A stretch of 41,286 nt of DNA from a virus. Lineage: Duplodnaviria > Heunggongvirae > Uroviricota > Caudoviricetes. The notes under the pieces were generated by a model that worked only from the letters and a program-made list of their open reading frames with translations, ran no database searches and was not told where the DNA came from. The translations under genes and the position numbers were made by a program. Below are positions 38,192 through 41,286 of this stretch, piece after piece; position 1 is the stretch's first letter, and each line of letters starts with the position of its first letter. Where the stretch lies: IMG/VR virus record IMGVR_UViG_2565956711_000007. The stretch is one strand, 5' to 3'.

Positions 38192-38292
38192 CAAAACAGT
38201 GAAGCCCCAACTGCTGGAACAGTCAGGGCTTCGGTATCAACAAAACTTACGAGGTATTATTGATATGTCAAGCTTAGCAAAGTCAACTGTAA
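38192..38292 (-). ncRNA. Predicted sar-like antisense RNA covering the ant ribosome-binding site
   Basis: Minus-strand -35 TTGACG (38321-38326), 16-nt spacer, extended -10 TGcTATTAG (38299-38307); hairpin 38201-38232 then U-rich tract. Confidence 0.35.
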
Positions 38293-39155
38293 ATTGCACT
38301 AATAGCATCATCATTTCTGACGTCAAGATTCATATGGATTCAGAGGGTCGTTACTCGCTTAATGACCTTCATGTAGCATCTGGAAAGGAGGAAAAACATC
38401 AGCCAGCTTTCTTCATGCGTAGAAATGAAACTATTGAATTGATTAATGAAATTTTTAATTCTGCGGATATGCAGAATAAGAATCCCGTCCTTTCTAAGAA
38501 AGGTAGATATGGTGGAACCTACGTTTGCAAGGAGCTTGTTTACTCCTACGCCATGTGGATTAGCGCAGCCTTTGCGCTGAAGGTTATCCGTGCATATGAC
38601 GCAATGGTTACTACCACACAAGAGAGGAAGGCTATTGGCGGTAAAACTTCAGTAGCTGAACGCACACCGCTACGCGATGCAGTAAACATGCTGGTAGGAA
38701 AGAAAGGACTTCGCTATGACGATGCATACAATATGGTTCATCAGCGTTTTGGTATTGACAGCATTGATGAACTTTCAATTGAACAAATCCCGCTGGCCGT
38801 AGAGTACATCCACAGGGTAGTGCTTGAAGGCGAGTTTATCGGCAAACAAGAGAAGAAAGCAAACGAGCTTTCTGCAAAAGAAGCAAACAGCCTTGTATGG
38901 CTATGGGATTATGCTAACCGTTCACAGGCATTATTCCGCGAACTGTATCCGGCATTAAAACAAATTCAATCGAACTATTCCGGCAGATGCTACGACTACG
39001 GTCATGAATTCTCGTATGTTATCGGAATGGCGAGAGACGTTTTAATAAACCACACACGAGATGTTGATATTAATGAACCAGACGGACCAACGAATCTTTC
39101 CGCATGGATGAGACTTAAGAATAAAGAATTACCTCCTTCAGTACATAACTACTGA
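38265..39155 (+). CDS. ant: Antirepressor Ant-like protein with KilA-N-type N-terminal domain
   Basis: 296 aa from ATG 38265; follows arc as in P22 immI; N-terminal [10 protein letters not shown] motif. Confidence 0.7.
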   Translation: MSSLAKSTVNCTNSIIISDVKIHMDSEGRYSLNDLHVASGKEEKHQPAFFMRRNETIELINEIFNSADMQNKNPVLSKKGRYGGTYVCKELVYSYAMWISAAFALKVIRAYDAMVTTTQERKAIGGKTSVAERTPLRDAVNMLVGKKGLRYDDAYNMVHQRFGIDSIDELSIEQIPLAVEYIHRVVLEGEFIGKQEKKANELSAKEANSLVWLWDYANRSQALFRELYPALKQIQSNYSGRCYDYGHEFSYVIGMARDVLINHTRDVDINEPDGPTNLSAWMRLKNKELPPSVHNY

Positions 39156-39173
39156 CAGATAACCAACGCAACG

Positions 39174-39197
39174 ACCCAGCTTCGGCTGGGTTTTTTT
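39174..39197 (+). terminator. Rho-independent terminator after ant
   Basis: ACCCAGC TTCG GCTGGGT then TTTTTTT. Confidence 0.85.
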
Positions 39198-39333
39198 ATG
39201 CCCAAAATTCACCGTAGCTACTCAGCGGCTATGGCCTTGAGAGATAGCACTACACAAAAAGTGTAGTGCAAAAAGCAAACAAATACTCACCGTAGCCACG
39301 CTGCGGCGATTACTTGTATCTGGAGCAAATTAA

Positions 39334-41286
39334 ATGACAGACATTACAGCCAATGTTGTAGTGAGTATGCCTTCGCAACTCTTCACTATGGCACGTTCTT
39401 TTAAAGCCGTAGCCAATGGTAAAATTTATATCGGTAAAATTGACACTGACCCGGTAAATCCAGAAAACCAGATTCAGGTTTATGTGGAGAACGAAGACGG
39501 TTCTCACGTTCCTGTTTCGCAACCAATCATCATTAACGCTGCTGGTTATCCGGTATATAACGGACAGATTTCCAAATTCGTAACTGTGCAAGGCCATTCT
39601 ATGGCTGTTTATGATGCATATGGTGCTCAGCAATTCTATTTCCCTAATGTGCTGAAGTATGACCCTGATCAATTTTCTGTATGGGCAAAAAATCATTTCA
39701 GACTTAACTTCTATTTTAAGTCTGATATTAGTTTTTCATCAGGTGGACATATTGATGATGAGCGCTATGCTGTTCTTTATGATAACGATCCTGATGGAAA
39801 CATGTATTTTTATGCCAGGAAATATATAGCAGAAGGCGGTTATGATGTTGATGCTGGAAGCCATCCAGATGATAATTGGATATGCGTTGGACTACTTAAT
39901 GGCTTTAACTTAAACACCCCAGAGAACTTCGGCGCCAAACCTTATTCTGAAAGTGATTGTTTAAATGCAATTAACATGGCAATTAAAACAGGGTTTATTG
40001 AGTTAACGCCTGGTTGTACATATTTTGTTAGCGATGAAGTTGTTATCCCATCGTATTTAGTGATGGAAACAAACGGCGCAACTATTAAAGCGATGAGTGG
40101 CTATTCATGGGGTGGAAAGGCTGTAGTTCGCGCCAGCAAAAAACCAGTAGGAACATCCCCGGATCTTTCATTGCCTGAACAACAAGTTCGTGGAATTAGA
40201 CACATTGGTACATTAAATATTGATGCTAACAATGTTGCGCCTTACGGTTTTTATGGTTTTGGTGTAGTTGCAGAATCTGCCACAGACATTATATATGCTT
40301 ATAATGCCACAGAAGTTGGAATTGTACTTCTTGGGAGTTGGTATCATAAAGTAAATCAATATATGGGAATTGATTGTGCAAGAGGTGTATCTTTGGCGCA
40401 TGGTTTCTCCGGTGAAACCGGAGATGTAAACGTTAATGGTGTTGAATTTGGTGTCGTCGCCGCGTATAACACATCAAAATCTTTGTCCTATGGGTATGAT
40501 CCGTATTCATCATCTTTAACCCCACAACTCATAGGTGCCGGTGTCACCCTCGGGCAAGGATTGGCATCAAGAATAGGAACATTAATAGCTGAAACCACAG
40601 CAGGCGCTGGTTTAGCTACTGTTAACGCTGTTAGTTGGTCTGTTGGTTCTATGTACTTCGAAAAATGCAGTGAAGCGCTTGAAGATAGTGCAGAGCCTGA
40701 TATTGCGATATTATCAACTACAGGAAATGTCGAGGACCACGTATTTGACGTCGGTAATATCCATTTTGGCATAGGGACTGGTATACTGCAAAGAGCGACG
40801 GCAAGTGAGTTTCTCAACATCCAATCCATATACCGTATAGACAATAAAAAAACATGGCATAGTTCTTCAAAGGCGTCTTCAAGTTTTGTAAATTTCGTAA
40901 ACTATTACGTTCTCAACCCTTATGATTACGTTAAACCGGTTCAACTGACTAATGACGTAGGCAAGGATGTTATAAGTTCATCGGCAATGCTTAACTTTAA
41001 GGATTTTTCAAATACGCCAAATATCCCATTTTTTTATACTGGCGGTGATCTTGATATTAATATAAGCATATCAGAGGGTTCGATTATTGGGCTTGGTATT
41101 CAGGTTCAGTCTGAAGATGGAATTGAATATATAACATGCACATCATCACCGTTTTCAGCAAAGCTAACAAAAAGGAGAAATGCTTATTCTGTTTATTGGG
41201 TATCAATGGGAACTCCAGTTCAAGCAGCTACTGGCATGGGGGCGATTATAATAACAAAACAAAAAACTTCTCAATGGCTTCGTTAG
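39334..41286 (+). CDS. Tailspike protein (P22 gp9-type head-binding domain, divergent receptor-binding domain)
   Basis: 650 aa; first about 115 residues match recalled P22 tailspike N-terminus ([12 protein letters not shown]...[20 protein letters not shown]); remainder AT-rich and unrelated to what I recall of P22. Confidence 0.9.
   Translation: MTDITANVVVSMPSQLFTMARSFKAVANGKIYIGKIDTDPVNPENQIQVYVENEDGSHVPVSQPIIINAAGYPVYNGQISKFVTVQGHSMAVYDAYGAQQFYFPNVLKYDPDQFSVWAKNHFRLNFYFKSDISFSSGGHIDDERYAVLYDNDPDGNMYFYARKYIAEGGYDVDAGSHPDDNWICVGLLNGFNLNTPENFGAKPYSESDCLNAINMAIKTGFIELTPGCTYFVSDEVVIPSYLVMETNGATIKAMSGYSWGGKAVVRASKKPVGTSPDLSLPEQQVRGIRHIGTLNIDANNVAPYGFYGFGVVAESATDIIYAYNATEVGIVLLGSWYHKVNQYMGIDCARGVSLAHGFSGETGDVNVNGVEFGVVAAYNTSKSLSYGYDPYSSSLTPQLIGAGVTLGQGLASRIGTLIAETTAGAGLATVNAVSWSVGSMYFEKCSEALEDSAEPDIAILSTTGNVEDHVFDVGNIHFGIGTGILQRATASEFLNIQSIYRIDNKKTWHSSSKASSSFVNFVNYYVLNPYDYVKPVQLTNDVGKDVISSSAMLNFKDFSNTPNIPFFYTGGDLDINISISEGSIIGLGIQVQSEDGIEYITCTSSPFSAKLTKRRNAYSVYWVSMGTPVQAATGMGAIIITKQKTSQWLR

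Larger units (their letters stand above)
1331..41286. mobile_element. Lambdoid prophage (lambda-like int, immunity and lysis; P22-like virion module); right end beyond window
   Basis: attL core at 1331, int/xis, N, cI/cro, O, Q, S/R/Rz, terminase, portal, coat, tailspike in canonical order. Confidence 0.95.

Noticed and set aside
1-41286. Search for tRNA, rRNA and large known defence systems (restriction-modification, CBASS, retron, CRISPR-Cas)
   Set aside because: No cloverleaf-like or rRNA-like sequence seen and no large unexplained multi-domain ORFs; candidate novel functions here are all small single genes

Overview
This window is an almost complete lambdoid prophage (right end cut exactly at the tailspike stop codon) integrated at the lambda attachment site beside host ybhC. 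Left to right: host ybhC (-); attL with the lambda core GCTTTTTTATACTAA and P' arm; lambda-type int and xis (-); a dense leftward early operon (-) with accessory ORFs, an HNH-like protein, SSB, a Rad52-type annealase, kil-like and cIII-like genes, a charged-helix protein, four unknown N-proximal ORFs and an N antiterminator with a P22-type nutL boxB; an immunity region with an S24-peptidase (LexA-like) cI repressor, cro, cII and three ATAAC-N4-GTTAT operators at each of OL and OR; replication genes O (with internal iterons) and a DnaC-like loader; a nin region (Lar-like, NinB, YbcO, RusA, NinH); lambda Q, pR', 6S RNA, tR' and the S-R-Rz/Rz1 lysis cassette; then a P22-like podovirus morphogenesis module (TerS, TerL, portal, scaffold, coat, gp4, gp10, gp26 needle, ejection proteins), an immI-like region (mnt, arc, ant) and a tailspike. 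The phage is a mosaic of lambda-like control and lysis genes with a P22-like virion. The strongest candidates for undescribed function are an AT-rich membrane ORF co-transcribed with cI in the rexAB slot, a secreted ORF translationally coupled to mnt, an HExxH mini-protein cluster between lysis and packaging genes, the N-proximal ORF cluster, and a small hydrophobic peptide next to immI. All protein identifications come from reading the translations and from memory of protein families; no database search was run, and the comparison sequences I recalled are not verified.
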